NCBI GenBank assembly: GCA_964016885.1
Contig: CAXHJY010000703.1
Coordinates: 1 to 44,689, forward strand
Direction: 5' to 3'
Length of the DNA: 44,689 bases
DNA from: Eledone cirrhosa
Lineage: Eukaryota
This document shows positions 29,429 through 44,689 of this stretch, one piece after another; the first letter of the stretch is position 1; each line of letters begins with the position of its first letter. The notes under the pieces were generated by a model. The model was not told where the DNA came from, did not search any database, and worked only from the letters and a program-made list of their open reading frames with translations. Both the position numbers and the translations under genes were made by a program.

Positions 29429-29784
29429 CAGGCTGCCAACTCGTTTTCGAGTACGGCCACTACTTTATATCCATGTAGGAGGACCCCTACCAATGCACTG
29501 AACAAGCGTGACTTTTTAGTCAAGCCAGCGACTTGAAAACTCTGGTACAAACACTACACTTGTGACAATTATTGACACATAGTGCTGGACCCAAGGGTAG
29601 AGAGATCTCCAGATATAAAGCAATGCCTGTGCCGTGAAGCTTTTATAGTGAGAAAAGGCACTGCACAAAGCCAGTCCCACTCTCTTAACCAAGATGATAT
29701 TTACCAAAAAGAAGAACAAGTCAACATCATTGGATACCATCGGGGTTGCAGGTGTTATATCAGAGTTTTCCTTCTCCTAGAATG

Positions 29785-30035
29785 TGTGTATATATATATA
29801 TATTCATATATATATATATACAGACATATATATATACACATATATATATATACATATATATACACATATATATATATATATATACACGTATATATATATA
29901 TATACACATACATATATATATATACACATATATATATACATATACATATATATATATATATATATACACATATATATATACATATACACATATATATATA
30001 CATATACATATATATATACACACATATATATATAC

Positions 30036-30066
<31 letters not shown>

Positions 30067-30486
30067 CACATATATATATATACACACATATATATATATA
30101 CACATATATATATATACACACACATATATATATATATATACACACATATATATACATATACACACATATATATACATTACACATATATATATATATATAT
30201 ACACATATATATATATATACACACATATATATATATATACACACATATATATATATATACACACATATATATACATATACACACATATATATACACATAC
30301 ACACATATATATACACACATATATATATATACACACATATATATACATATACACACATATATATATATACACATATATATACATATACACACATATATAT
30401 ACATATACATACATATATATACATATACACATATATATACATATATACACACATATATATACATATACACATATATATACATATAT

Positions 30487-30537
<51 letters not shown>

Positions 30538-30750
30538 TACATAAACATATATATACACATATACATATATACATAAACATATATATACACATATACATAT
30601 ATACATAAACATATATATATATATATATACATATATACATATACATATATATATATATATACATATATACATATACATATATACATATATATATACATAC
30701 ATATATACATATACATATATACATATATATATACATATACATATATATAC

Positions 30751-30781
<31 letters not shown>

Positions 30782-30852
30782 CATATATATATACACATAT
30801 ATATATATACATGTATATATATACATATATACATATATATATATACATATAC

Positions 30853-30924
<72 letters not shown>
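29785..30924. repeat. (TA)n/(CA) compound microsatellite
   Basis: Direct inspection. Confidence 0.95.
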
Positions 30925-30925
<1 letters not shown>

Positions 30926-31074
30926 AGAATTAAAATACTAGAGTGTGTTGGAGTTAAACACCCTCTTCATATTATAGAAATGACAGTATAAGATATAGCT
31001 CAATGTAATTAAACAGAGCCGAAGTATTATAAAAAAATAAACCAAAGAAGCCTTCAATACATCAAAAGTCTTTA

Positions 31075-31117
31075 TTAGCCAACAATGTTTCGTCCTATTA
31101 AGGACTCATTAGGGCAA
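31075..31117 (-). ncRNA. Hammerhead copy with core mutation (CTAATGA), probably inactive
   Basis: Reverse complement of 33297-33339 except for G5->A. Confidence 0.7.
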
Positions 31118-32676
31118 GTAAAGCTACAAGAAGCACTATCGGCCAATACAAGCCAAAAACTCAGAAGAATATGGAGTATACATCTATTAAAGCTTAGGAA
31201 AGATATTAAGGAAAAGTTGGCTAAGATTAAGAGTGAGTAGTTACAAACATAGATATAGACCAAATAGCAAGGAAGTGATTAACATGTTGAACCCACATTG
31301 TAAATATTATATAATGCAAAAACTTGAAACACAAATGGCAATATAATGCGAGAATTACAGTACGATATAGAATATATTATAATATAATAGATGGTGATAA
31401 TAAAAAGCTTAATATATGTATATATATATATATATATATACATATACACATTAGTGCAAATACAAACTAACACTTATTAAGTATTTAAATATATATATAT
31501 ATATTGTTTACAGTATAATATAATAAAGATAAAAATAAGAATAAAGATAATAATAAAAATAAAATATAATATATAATTCGCTGTCTGTGTGCATAAACAA
31601 TATAGAAACATTATAATAACATTATAATAACAATATTATAATATATTGGCATCAAAAGATATAAAAAATTACATCATACATATAATTCAAGGTTAACAAA
31701 TAGTATAAAGTTTTACACAGGGTAAGAAAAAATCATATAGAACTAAATAGTGTTGAAAAAATTGTGTTGAAAAAATATCTATACCATTGTAACAAATACA
31801 CGGAAGTTAAGTCATTATACATTGGCATAAATATTACCAAAATATCACAAAACATTACAAAATATATTTACGTGGTTGACATGCAGACATATATTAATGA
31901 AATTACATGGTCATACAAACAGCGTGTGGTAGTAAAATAATAAATAAAATAAACCGAAGATCGAAAAACAAAAACAAGTATATTTACTTAGGTGTCACAA
32001 GTGGTTAAGTAAAAGAAAAAAAGATAGAAATGTAGACCAGAGAGTTGACTAGGAAACCTTTTAAAATTAATTAATATTAAAAGTATTTAAAATACATATT
32101 TAGTCACTTCAAAATTAGCTAGTGTTTAAGTCATCAAAACCGTATAAGTTTAAGATATCTCAATAAAATTATCAAGAATAGAGTAAAATATGCTTCGTTC
32201 AGTCGAATAACTTTATCAAATAAAAGGACTCTAAATAGAACTATGGTAGACCAATGGGAACAGAAAGAAGAGAGGTTATGGAGGATAGGAAGGAGCATAA
32301 AAGTAAATTCATATATTATATAATATCATAAAAGGAGCATAAAGGTGAAATTTTTATATAGTATAATAGAAGGGGCGGATATTAAGTGTGTAGAGGAGGA
32401 GGTACAATAGTTGAATGAGACTCCAACCAAAGTATTTAATAAGATATAAACCCATAAGGTGTTAGTAGTGAAACTATAATAATACTTAAGACGATAGATA
32501 GGGTATGGTAGCCAAAAGACTATGGAAACTAAAATCGAAAAGTTGTAAAAAAACTAATAATAATAAAGATGATGGTAATCAAAATGAACCTAAACAAAAA
32601 AAAGATAAGGAAATATAGCAGCTAATGGATACGATTTAAACTACCAGAACTTTTAGGTCTATAATAGAAGAAAGAA

Positions 32677-33267
32677 TTAGAAATGGCATGGGGGGCAGGA
32701 ATAAAATATCTCAGACTTTCTATTAAGCAAAACTTCCCTAGAGAAAATTATAGAGTGAGTCTCTTGGATACAGAGATTACAGAATTTAGTGTGTGTTGAT
32801 AGGTTATTAGAGTGTGCTACTATACGCCAATTAAGGCTATATGGCATGCCTGCCCCTTTAAGATCCCAGATATGGTGTGCTAAAGAAGTAGAGTTCTTAA
32901 ACTTAACATGCTTAAAATTAGAGATATGAGAATTAAACCTAGTTTTAAAAGTATTTGATGTGGAGCCTATATACGTGCTATTAGAAGAATCAGTCTTAAC
33001 TTCACAAGCATAAACAATGTTCCTAGAGAGGCAGTGACCATTTAAAGGGCAGTTAATACTTACTCTACAGTTACACTTCCTGGTGCAATTTACCGGCGAA
33101 ATAAGTGATGCATCATTTCTAGGGTTATTATAAGATAAGGTCTGCTCATGTGGTAAGGAATTAATGGATCTATCAAGATTAGTAGTACGCAAAGAGGAGT
33201 AGCTGTCCCTAATTTTCTTATTGTTAGTGCTAGCTAAATGAGAACTAATATTAGGGTTTGGGTTGGA
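32677..33267 (-). pseudogene. PLE G GIY-YIG endonuclease remnant
   Basis: CNC..CPL..CL, NIVYAC..TYIGSTSNTFKTRFNSH, CNLC..E; homologous to the PLE B C-terminus. Confidence 0.9.
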
Positions 33268-33296
33268 TTGGCCGATAATGCTTCTTGTCGCTTTAC

Positions 33297-33339
33297 TTGC
33301 CCTGATGAGTCCTTAATAGGACGAAACATTGTTGGCTAA
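33297..33339 (+). ncRNA. Canonical minimal type I hammerhead ribozyme
   Basis: gcc-CTGATGA-gtcc ttaata ggac-GAAA-c att g-TT-ggc: consensus core, G-C closing pair in stem II, quasi-palindromic stem III (AACATTGTT). Confidence 0.88.
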
Positions 33340-33688
33340 TAAAGACTTTTGATGTATTGAAGGCTTCTTTGGTTTATTTTTTTATAATTCATATATATAT
33401 ATATGTATATATATACATATACATGTATATATATACATATACATATATACATATATATATATATACATATATATATATACATATATATATATATACATAT
33501 ATATATATACATATATATATATACATATATTGGTAGCGATCATAGACGGCTAGTCTACGATTTCCCGCCTTCACTATACACCAACGTATTTATGGGTCAG
33601 TTTCACGACCTTTCAGACCTGTATTAGTTGAAGTGTGGTCATATATTTTGTCGTTCCTGGGGTTTTTAACCCTAGGATAGGAAAATGC

Positions 33689-33766
33689 TTCTCTGATGAT
33701 CTTTGCTTTTCCATTAATATCCACGTGATATCTAATGTTTTGCAACGTGAAACTGTACAGTTAGGG
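33689..33766 (+). ncRNA. Candidate hammerhead with long stem II in an orphan 350-bp insert (33531-33884)
   Basis: ttct-CTGATGA-[ttgc..catta.atatc/gatat.taatg..gcaa]-GAAA-ctg ta cag-TT-aggg; stem III is the perfect palindrome AACTGTACAGTT; the base of stem II is mismatched. Confidence 0.6.
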
Positions 33767-33884
33767 CCATTTGAATAGGTAAATATTTATATTATATTTT
33801 TTAATTTTGATTAATTTTAATTGTATATTAATTTTGATTTATTTTGAAAAATTGGTTGAATTTTACTTGTTCTGCTTATCTTGA

Positions 33885-34328
33885 TATATATATATACATA
33901 TATATATATACATATATATATATACATATATATATATATACATATACATATATATATATACATGTATATATATACATGTATATATATACATATACATATA
34001 TACATATACATATATATATATACATATACATATATATATATACATATACATATATATATATACATATACATATATATATATACATATACATATATATATA
34101 TATACATATACATATATATATATACATATACATATATATATATATACATATACATATATATATATATACATATACATGTATATATATACATATACATATA
34201 TATATACATATATATATACATATACATATATATATACATATACATATATATATATACATATACATATATATATATACATATACATATATATATATACATA
34301 TACATATATATATATACATATACATATA
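33885..34328. repeat. (TA)n/TACATA compound microsatellite
   Basis: Direct inspection. Confidence 0.95.
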
Positions 34329-35238
34329 TAACTTTGAATAACTTTGAAATGTTTTGGCCAGTATTGGCCCAGGCCATGTCTAACTTAATAGCACCACCTG
34401 GCGAAGTCTTTCAATTCAGGATTTGGGCACCATGGCCCATTCGAGAAGAGAATTACTGTTTGCGGAGACATATCCGGGTGTGGGTGGTTTGTCCGGGATT
34501 ACTTGGAGGAATTTGTCCAAAGACTTCTTGAATTTTGTGTGGTCAGTTTCTGTTTTGACGTGTCCTGGTGTGATGTTGAAGAGAGCAGGGCCGATTGAGG
34601 TGAAATAATTGTGCCGTATTGTTGTTATGAGTTGCGATTTAGATTTTTGAATGAGACGGATAGCACGGGGCCCAAGCCTTGGGTGTATCTTGAAGGCGAT
34701 GCCAACATCATTTGGGCAGTGATGATGGAACATTTTCCACATCATGCAGATAATATAACGCTCACGGCGACGTTGGAGTGAGTAAAGTTTCAGGTTTTCT
34801 AGTCGACCCAGTAGTCAAGGTCTGACATGCCATCTATCTTTTTCGTGATTGCCCTTTGAGGAGCTTCAAGTTTCATGATACTTTGTTTCGTGTGGGGAGA
34901 CCACAGTGGACAACAGTATTCAAGGTGTGGTCGGGCAAAAGTAGAGAAGAGAAGGATAATGGTGTGGGAATCTCTCGACTGGAAGGTTCTGAGGATCCAG
35001 GAACACATTCTGCGGGCCATGTCAACTTTGCTGCTTATATGCGTGGCCCAGCTTATGTTGCTGTCCACGGTTACTCCCAAGTCTCTGATGTTGTTAGATG
35101 CCACGAGAGTTTCCCCGGAGGGAAGGGAGTACGGGAGTTTCAGAGCATCCTCTTTTCCAAAGTGGATCAGTTCGAATTTGTCTTCGTTCAGTAACATGTT
35201 GTTCTTTTCCGCCCATTGGGTAACAGCCAGTAGGTCTT
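34329..35238 (-). mobile_element. 5'-truncated non-LTR retrotransposon (CR1-group LINE) ORF2 3' end
   Basis: [57 protein letters not shown]; frameshift near 34800; ends in a short tandem (ttcaaagtta)x2 before the microsatellite. Confidence 0.88.
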
Positions 35239-35298
35239 ATATGTATATATATATATGTATATGTATATATATGTATATATATACATATACATATATAT

Positions 35299-35333
<35 letters not shown>

Positions 35334-35477
35334 TATATACACATATACATATATATACATATATATATATACATATACATATATACATATATATATATAC
35401 ATATACATATATATACATATATATACATATATATACATATATATATATATAGATGTATATATATACATATGCATATC

Positions 35478-35523
<46 letters not shown>

Positions 35524-35599
35524 TATATATATATACATATACATATATATATATACATATACATATATATATATATATGTATATATATACATATACATA

Positions 35600-35650
<51 letters not shown>

Positions 35651-35924
35651 ATATACATATACATATATATACATATATATACATATATATATATACATGT
35701 CTATATATACATATACATATCTATATATATACATATATATATATATACATGTCTATATATACATATACATATCTATATATATACATATATATATATATAC
35801 ATGTATATATATACATATATATATATATATATACATATATACATATATATATATACATATATACATATATATATATATACATATACATATATATATATAT
35901 ATACATGTATATATATACATATAC

Positions 35925-35961
<37 letters not shown>

Positions 35962-36096
35962 CATGTATATATATACATATACATATATATATATACATGT
36001 ATATATATACATATATATATATATATACATATATACATATACATATATATATATACATATATACATGTATATATATATACATATACATATATATAC

Positions 36097-36127
<31 letters not shown>

Positions 36128-36131
36128 CATT
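35239..36131. repeat. (TA)n/TACATA compound microsatellite
   Basis: Direct inspection. Confidence 0.95.
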
Positions 36132-36355
36132 TTTCGTTTCTGAATTTGTTTAGCAAGATTCTTTATCTGAAATCGTGTGTTGAAACCGATATTGTTATAC
36201 TTTGGGAGGGTCACGTTGCCAATAAGAAACACACGCACCAGTTGATTTCACTTCAATTTATTATATATTTATAAATTTATAAATTTACAAATCTACAAAT
36301 TTATAAATTTCTGGTTGGTTGGTTGGTTCCACAACCAGATAGTTGTTTATATATA

Positions 36356-36398
36356 GTCATAGTCCTTTCGTCACACTCTCTGTGACCTCTTCAGTGAC
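36356..36398 (-). ncRNA. Minimal hammerhead motif (family C)
   Basis: Minus strand reads gtca-CTGAAGA-g-gtcac agagagt gtgac-GAAA-g ga c-TA-tgac. Confidence 0.75.
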
Positions 36399-36605
36399 TG
36401 GGGATTCCTCTCTTTGTTTCTGTGCCTTTCCTTTCTTCTGTCCTACGCCATTTTGTTTCTGTGTGTGTGTTGTGTGCTTAGTTTGCGCATGCGCCACATC
36501 CGGGTGTCTGTGTGTGTTTGTGTTCATTTTTCTATTTGTTTATTTATTTACATGTTATTGGTATTGGTTGGTTGTTTGTTCTATGTGAGTGTTTTCATTT
36601 TGTCC

Positions 36606-37645
36606 TTAATTGTAAGTTGTGATGTTGCTGTTCCACTCATATTTTCTATTTAATTTTGGTTGTAATTCTTTTATGCTTACTGCCTCTGTAATTTGCCTAA
36701 ACATTGCATCTTTTCTGTGTGTGGATTCTATTTTTATTTCTATGTTCTCTAATTTACCCTTGTGCTCTATCTTAGCATGTTGGTAGAGCACAGATGATTC
36801 TTTATTATCTTGAAGGTCTCGCCAGTGTTCATTTATTTGTTCCCCTATACTACGAGCTGTCTCACCTATGTACACTATATTTTTGTTTCTACATTGTCCT
36901 TCAGTACATCTTATGCTATACACTACATTTCTAGTTTTACAGTTAATATGGGGGCTTATTTTACAGGTTATACATTTCTTATCTATACACGAGGGTCTTT
37001 GGAACGGGTATGTCTTGCTAATAAGTGTTTTTACGGAGGTACCTGGTCTTTCTACTATCTTAATATTGAGTTTATGTTTATTTAGGGCCCTTCTAAGTTT
37101 GTAGGCTAGTTCGCCTCTAGGGGTTGTATTGATGAACATTACACTCTGGTATTTATTGCTATCATACCATGAGTTTATTCTATTGGCCTTGTTCCTAGTT
37201 CTTTCTATTCTATTCCAAAATTTGCACCTATACAAGGGGCAGGTCCCATTTATGTCATTATTTACCATTTTTTCCCATTTGGTTCTGGCTCCTCTATACA
37301 CTCTGATACTATCTCTCTGATTGTAGCCAGAGAATTGCATACGGTGGATGAAGTGTTGTATGTGTCTCTCTAGTTCTTCGGGGTTGCACATGCGGGACAC
37401 ATTTCTCATCACCCGTACCAAATCCGCAATCAGTATGTTGATTTTGGTATGGTCCGAAATGGCCGAGTTTCGGTGGATCAGATGTTTGGAAGTCATGGGT
37501 TTGGCATAATGGGAATGGAGGATTTGTTTTTGGTTGTTAATGGTATCTAACCAGAGCTCTGTGTCTAGTACAGGAATCGATGGTTGGGGTGTCTACTTGG
37601 GTAGTCTATAGTAACTCTAATGCTCTGGTGGATGGAGTTTGCTAT
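36606..37645 (-). pseudogene. Inverted 3' portion of the PLE C ORF (thumb + GIY-YIG)
   Basis: Translation nearly identical to the plus-arm C-terminus; keeps the linker Cys (PSCIDKKCITC) that the plus arm has lost (PSGIDKKC). Confidence 0.92.
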
Positions 37646-40552
37646 AACAACAGCAGACACACAGACACAAACAACAATAACAACAACACACACATCAACA
37701 ACAACAACAATAACAACATACCCAGAAACAACAACAACAGACACGCAGACACAAACAACAATAACAACACACACAACAACGATAACACACACGGAGACAA
37801 CAACAACACACATCAACAACAGCACACATCAACAACAACAACACACACGCATTCAATGCCTCTCACCACCACCACAATCTTAACAAACACACAGACACAG
37901 AAAACAAGTAATGACAGTAGCACAGAAATCACAGAAATAAGGGAAAGTAATAGGATTAAAAGGAGAAGGGAGACTAAGGACAAAGTGAATAACCAAGACG
38001 AACACACAGACACACAAAATAGGGTAGATAACAACATTGAGCCAGTGGAAAGAGACAGGAGTAATTATGAGAGACATAGAAACAACCATGAGGCTGTTGG
38101 TGGAAATAGAAATAGAAACAACACAACTAACAATAACAATAGCACTAGTACACATAAAGCAGCAGCCTGGAACTCTCCGTTTTATAATCCCTCCGATAAA
38201 TCATTCGACCTGCGACGAGTCCACGCCACGACTTAACCATTTAACAAACGGACGCAGTTGCCGTCGCAGGTCGATGAACAAACAGAAGCACAATTTAGTA
38301 TAGCTAGATCCGAACTTAGAAATATTATAGAACAGTATAGCAAGAAGCATAATAGAATAGAGGCCCAGCAACTGGGAGAAAAATCTGCAAATGGCTTGCG
38401 TAAGCTCATGCAACGCTCACGTAATGGAGAGATAGCATGCTTTCCAACAGACAAGTCTGGCAGAATGTCGGTTGACAGCCTGCCAAACTACATCCAGGCA
38501 ATGCAACCCCACATCACTAACACAAGAGAGGTAACACCACAGAAGCATGAGGATAGAGAAAAAGCCCTCAATGCCCATATGGTGATGTGGACGAATATAA
38601 TGCAGCCCAACAAAAGGACTGCCAACAACTTCCAGGTCTGGAACAATGACGTGCCGGCGTTGTATGGGCTTCGAAAAGACCATAAAACGGGCTGTGACCC
38701 TGCCGTGGGACCACCAACACGGCCAGTCTGTGGAGCTAACATTGCTAGTAACTACAGACTGTCCTACTTCCTCTCCCTGATCATACGCCCCATCATTGAG
38801 ATGTCCCCAGATGTATGTGACAGCACGGAGGACCTCCTCAGCAGAATCGGCGTGGGTAACCGATCTGGGGACCTAACAAACTGCATAATAGGCAGTATGG
38901 ATGTTGTGTCCCTGTATCCATCTATTGACGTGGATTTTGCTGTGGAGAAATGCGTAGAAATGATCAGCGAGAGCAAGGTTGAGTTCCGTGGGATTGATAC
39001 CAGTGAACTGGGACTTCTACTTAAGCTTACCCATAGTAATAGTTACCTAGACACATATGACCTTAGCAACCTGTGCCCTACAAGACCAGCAAGAGGCAGA
39101 CCACATACCATTACCTCAATGGCCAAGAAAACCCACACAGATAGATGGAACGGGTGGACCAGAGCCATACGGACACCCGAAAACCACGATGAACTGAAGA
39201 AAATGATTGCACATGCGGTAGGGGCCAGCATAAAATTAACCCTTAAGGAACATATGTTCAAATTTAATGGAAAAACATATACCCAAGAGGAAGGAGCAGC
39301 CATTGGTGTTAGCATTGCAGGCGACATAGCTAACTTATTCATGGTATGGTGGGACAGTAGACTTAAACTTAAACTTAAAGAACAATTAGAAGACAGCTTA
39401 ACCCTGATAATGTACTCCCGCTACGTAGATGATATAAACATCGTAGTTAAGACACCCCCACTAGAGAACAGTCAGGAACTAGAGAAAAACACAATGGAAA
39501 GCATCCAGCAAATAGCAAACTCCATCCACCAGAGCATTAGAGTTACTATAGACTACCCAAGTAGACACCCCAACCATCGATTACCTGTACTAGACACAGA
39601 GCTCTGGTTAGATACCATTAATAACAAAAAACAAATCCTCCATTCCCATTATGCCAAACCCATGACTTCCAAACATCTGATCCACCGAAACTCGGCCATT
39701 TCGGACCATACCAAAATCAACATACTGATTGCGGATTTGGTACGGGTGATGAGAAATGTGTCCCGCATGTGCAACCCCGAAGAACTAGAGAGACACATAC
39801 AACACTTCATCCACCGTATGCAGTTCTCTGGCTACAATCAGAGAGATAGAATCAGAGTGTATAGAGGAGCCAGAACCAAATGGGAAAAAATGGTAAATAA
39901 TGACATAAATGGGACCTGCCCCGTGTATAGGAGCAAATTTTGGAATAGAACAGAAAGAACTAGGAACAAGGCCAATAGAATAAACTCATGGTACGATAGC
40001 AATAAATACCAGAGTGTAATGTTCATCGATACAACCCTTAGAGGCGAACTAGCCTACAAATTTAGAAGGGCCCTAAATAAACATAAACTCAATATTAAGA
40101 TAGTAGAAAGACGAGGTACCTCCGTAAAAACACTTATTAGCAAGACATACCCGTTCCAAAGACCCTCAGGTATAGATAAGAAATGTATAACCTGTAAAAT
40201 AAGCCCCCATATTAACTGTAAAACTAGAAATGTAGTGTATAGCATAAGATGTACTGAAGGACAATGTAGAAACAAAAATATAGTGTACATAGGTGAGACA
40301 GCTCGTAGTATAGGGGAACGGATAAATGAACACTGGCGAGACCTTCAAGATAATAAAGAATCATCTGTACTATACCAACATGCTAAGATAGAACACAAGG
40401 GTAAATTAGAGAACATAGAAATAAAAATAGAAGCTACACACAGAAAAGATGCAATGTTTAGACAAATTACAGAGGCAATAAACATAAAAGAATTACAACC
40501 AAAATTAAATAGAAAATATGAGTGGAACAGCAACATCACAACTTACAATTAA
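37646..40552 (+). pseudogene. PLE C long ORF (Asn/Thr-rich segment, RT, GIY-YIG), 5'-truncated, one in-frame TAA at 38234
   Basis: Track ORFs 37580-38236 and 38258-40552 are in the same frame. Motifs TDKSGR, LYGLRKDHK, PTRPVCGA, GSMDVVSLYPSI, QEEGAAIG, RYVDD, PVLD, NVVYSIRC..YIGETARSIGERINEH. Confidence 0.9.
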
Positions 40553-40764
40553 GGACAAAATGAAAACACACACACACAAAGAACAAACAACCAACCAATA
40601 ACATGTAAATAAATAAATAAGTAAACAAATAGATAAATGAACATAAACACACACAGACACCCGGATGTGGCGCATGCGCAAACTGAGCACACAACACACA
40701 CAGAGAAACAAAATGGCGTGGGACAGAGAAAGGAGAGGCACAGAAACAAAGAAAGGAATCCCCA

Positions 40765-40806
40765 GTCACTGAAGAGGTCACAGAGTGTGTGACTAAGGAC
40801 TATGAC
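40765..40806 (+). ncRNA. Family C hammerhead copy with destroyed GAAA, probably inactive
   Basis: gtgacTAAggacta instead of gtgacGAAAggacta. Confidence 0.6.
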
Positions 40807-41021
40807 TATATATAAACAACTATCTGGTTGTGGAACCAACCAACCTACCAGAAATTTATAAATTTATAAATTTGTAAATTTATAAATATATAATAAATTG
40901 AAGTGAAATCAACTGGTGCGTGTGTTTCTTATTGGCAACATGACCCTCCCAAAGTATAACAATATCGGTTTCAACACACGATTTCAGATAAAGAATCTTG
41001 CTAAACAAATTCAGAAACGAA

Positions 41022-41163
<142 letters not shown>

Positions 41164-41175
41164 ACATATATATAC

Positions 41176-41230
<55 letters not shown>

Positions 41231-42186
41231 TATACATGGATGGTAATCATCCTAATATATACACCCTTGTACTTCTTAATGGACAACTCTCTAACCTATA
41301 AATGGGTAACATACTCTAGATATTAGTTATAACTTCACATGATAGGCACGTATTTGAATCACCATTAATGTAGTTTAGCATAGTAATGTAACTAAGATAA
41401 CTAGCTAGTTACCTCCCCTTACGCATTAATTCCCCTTAGTCATTCAGGCAATTCCGGAATCTGGACAGCATGATATATTAATTAAGAACCGACTGGATAC
41501 GGTTTATAGCTTGACTATATGCTGAACCACTGCGAATTATACGATAGACGCGTGTTCTCTATATATATATTGCGTCTCATGGATTATGTGAGTGGTGGTG
41601 TGAGCAAAGACAGTGGTACGACCTTGCTTACGATACAATAAGGTTTATAGTATGTTGAAGGTTTTTGATATTTTGGCGTTTCCCCGCATCCGAGACTGTA
41701 TATCATACAGATGTATGAGAATAAATGACTTAATAATTCAGCCTATATAATAAGATCGATTGCCTGCTTCAGCTGCCTGACCCTGCAAATATCATTCTGA
41801 CGCACTCTAATCATGTATAGATAAGACACGCGTGCATGCTACACGGGAGATTGTTTCATACACTGACTACTCTAAGCTTTCGTCTTGCTTTATCTTCATA
41901 GACTGCCAACGCTTCATGTTTATCTTTACTTTCACTCTTATTTTCACTCTTGTTTTTATTTTATTTTATTTTTATCCTGTAACCTTTATATGTAAACTGC
42001 CATGCTATATCATTTGATGAATGTCACCCCACTGTTGATCAATATGCGCATATGTTTTATGTGTCTCTTGGGTTGAAAAGGAGGTCAAGTATGTTATAAA
42101 TAGTTGCTCCGAAGAATCCAAACCTCGGTTTGGAGGAAACAATTGTAAGGCAAATAAATGACTTAAACTGAACTTTGATTACTGTA

Positions 42187-44689
<2,503 letters not shown>

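Larger units (their letters stand above)
30925..33388 (-). mobile_element. PLE G: 5'-truncated copy with long 3' UTR and a short inverted pLTR piece (33268-33388 vs 31026-31147)
   Basis: GIY-YIG remnant, about 1.5-kb AT-rich UTR, inverted repeat containing a hammerhead. Confidence 0.88.

Noticed and set aside
29428-29784. Possible hAT-like terminus (caggctgccaac) or host exon in a unique island
   Set aside because: No matching second TIR and no recognisable protein motif.

Overview
AT-rich eukaryotic repeat region with no recognisable host gene. The microsatellite load suggests an invertebrate such as a mollusc or cephalopod, which is inference only. The window is a (TA)n microsatellite field colonised by a nest of Penelope-like retroelements (PLEs: RT plus C-terminal GIY-YIG endonuclease) from several distinct families: seven ORF-bearing insertions, four small fold-back pLTR-only insertions, two non-coding partial-tandem repeats and one CR1-type LINE 3' fragment. 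Most PLEs have the typical inverted (5'-truncated, head-to-head) or pLTR-ORF-pLTR structure, and several carry minimal hammerhead ribozyme motifs near their 3' ends. Highlights: (1) the Neptune-like PLE at 631-5735 has two ORFs, a coiled-coil/low-complexity ORF1 overlapping the RT-GIY-YIG frame at an in-phase T-TTT-TTA slippery heptamer, suggesting -1 frameshifting; (2) the 3' tails of two related families encode a synonymously conserved peptide, probably the ORF N-terminus; (3) a near-perfect palindromic mini-element carries a hammerhead on each strand. Nearly all Y/I/H/T/C/V-rich ORFs in the track are microsatellite artefacts.
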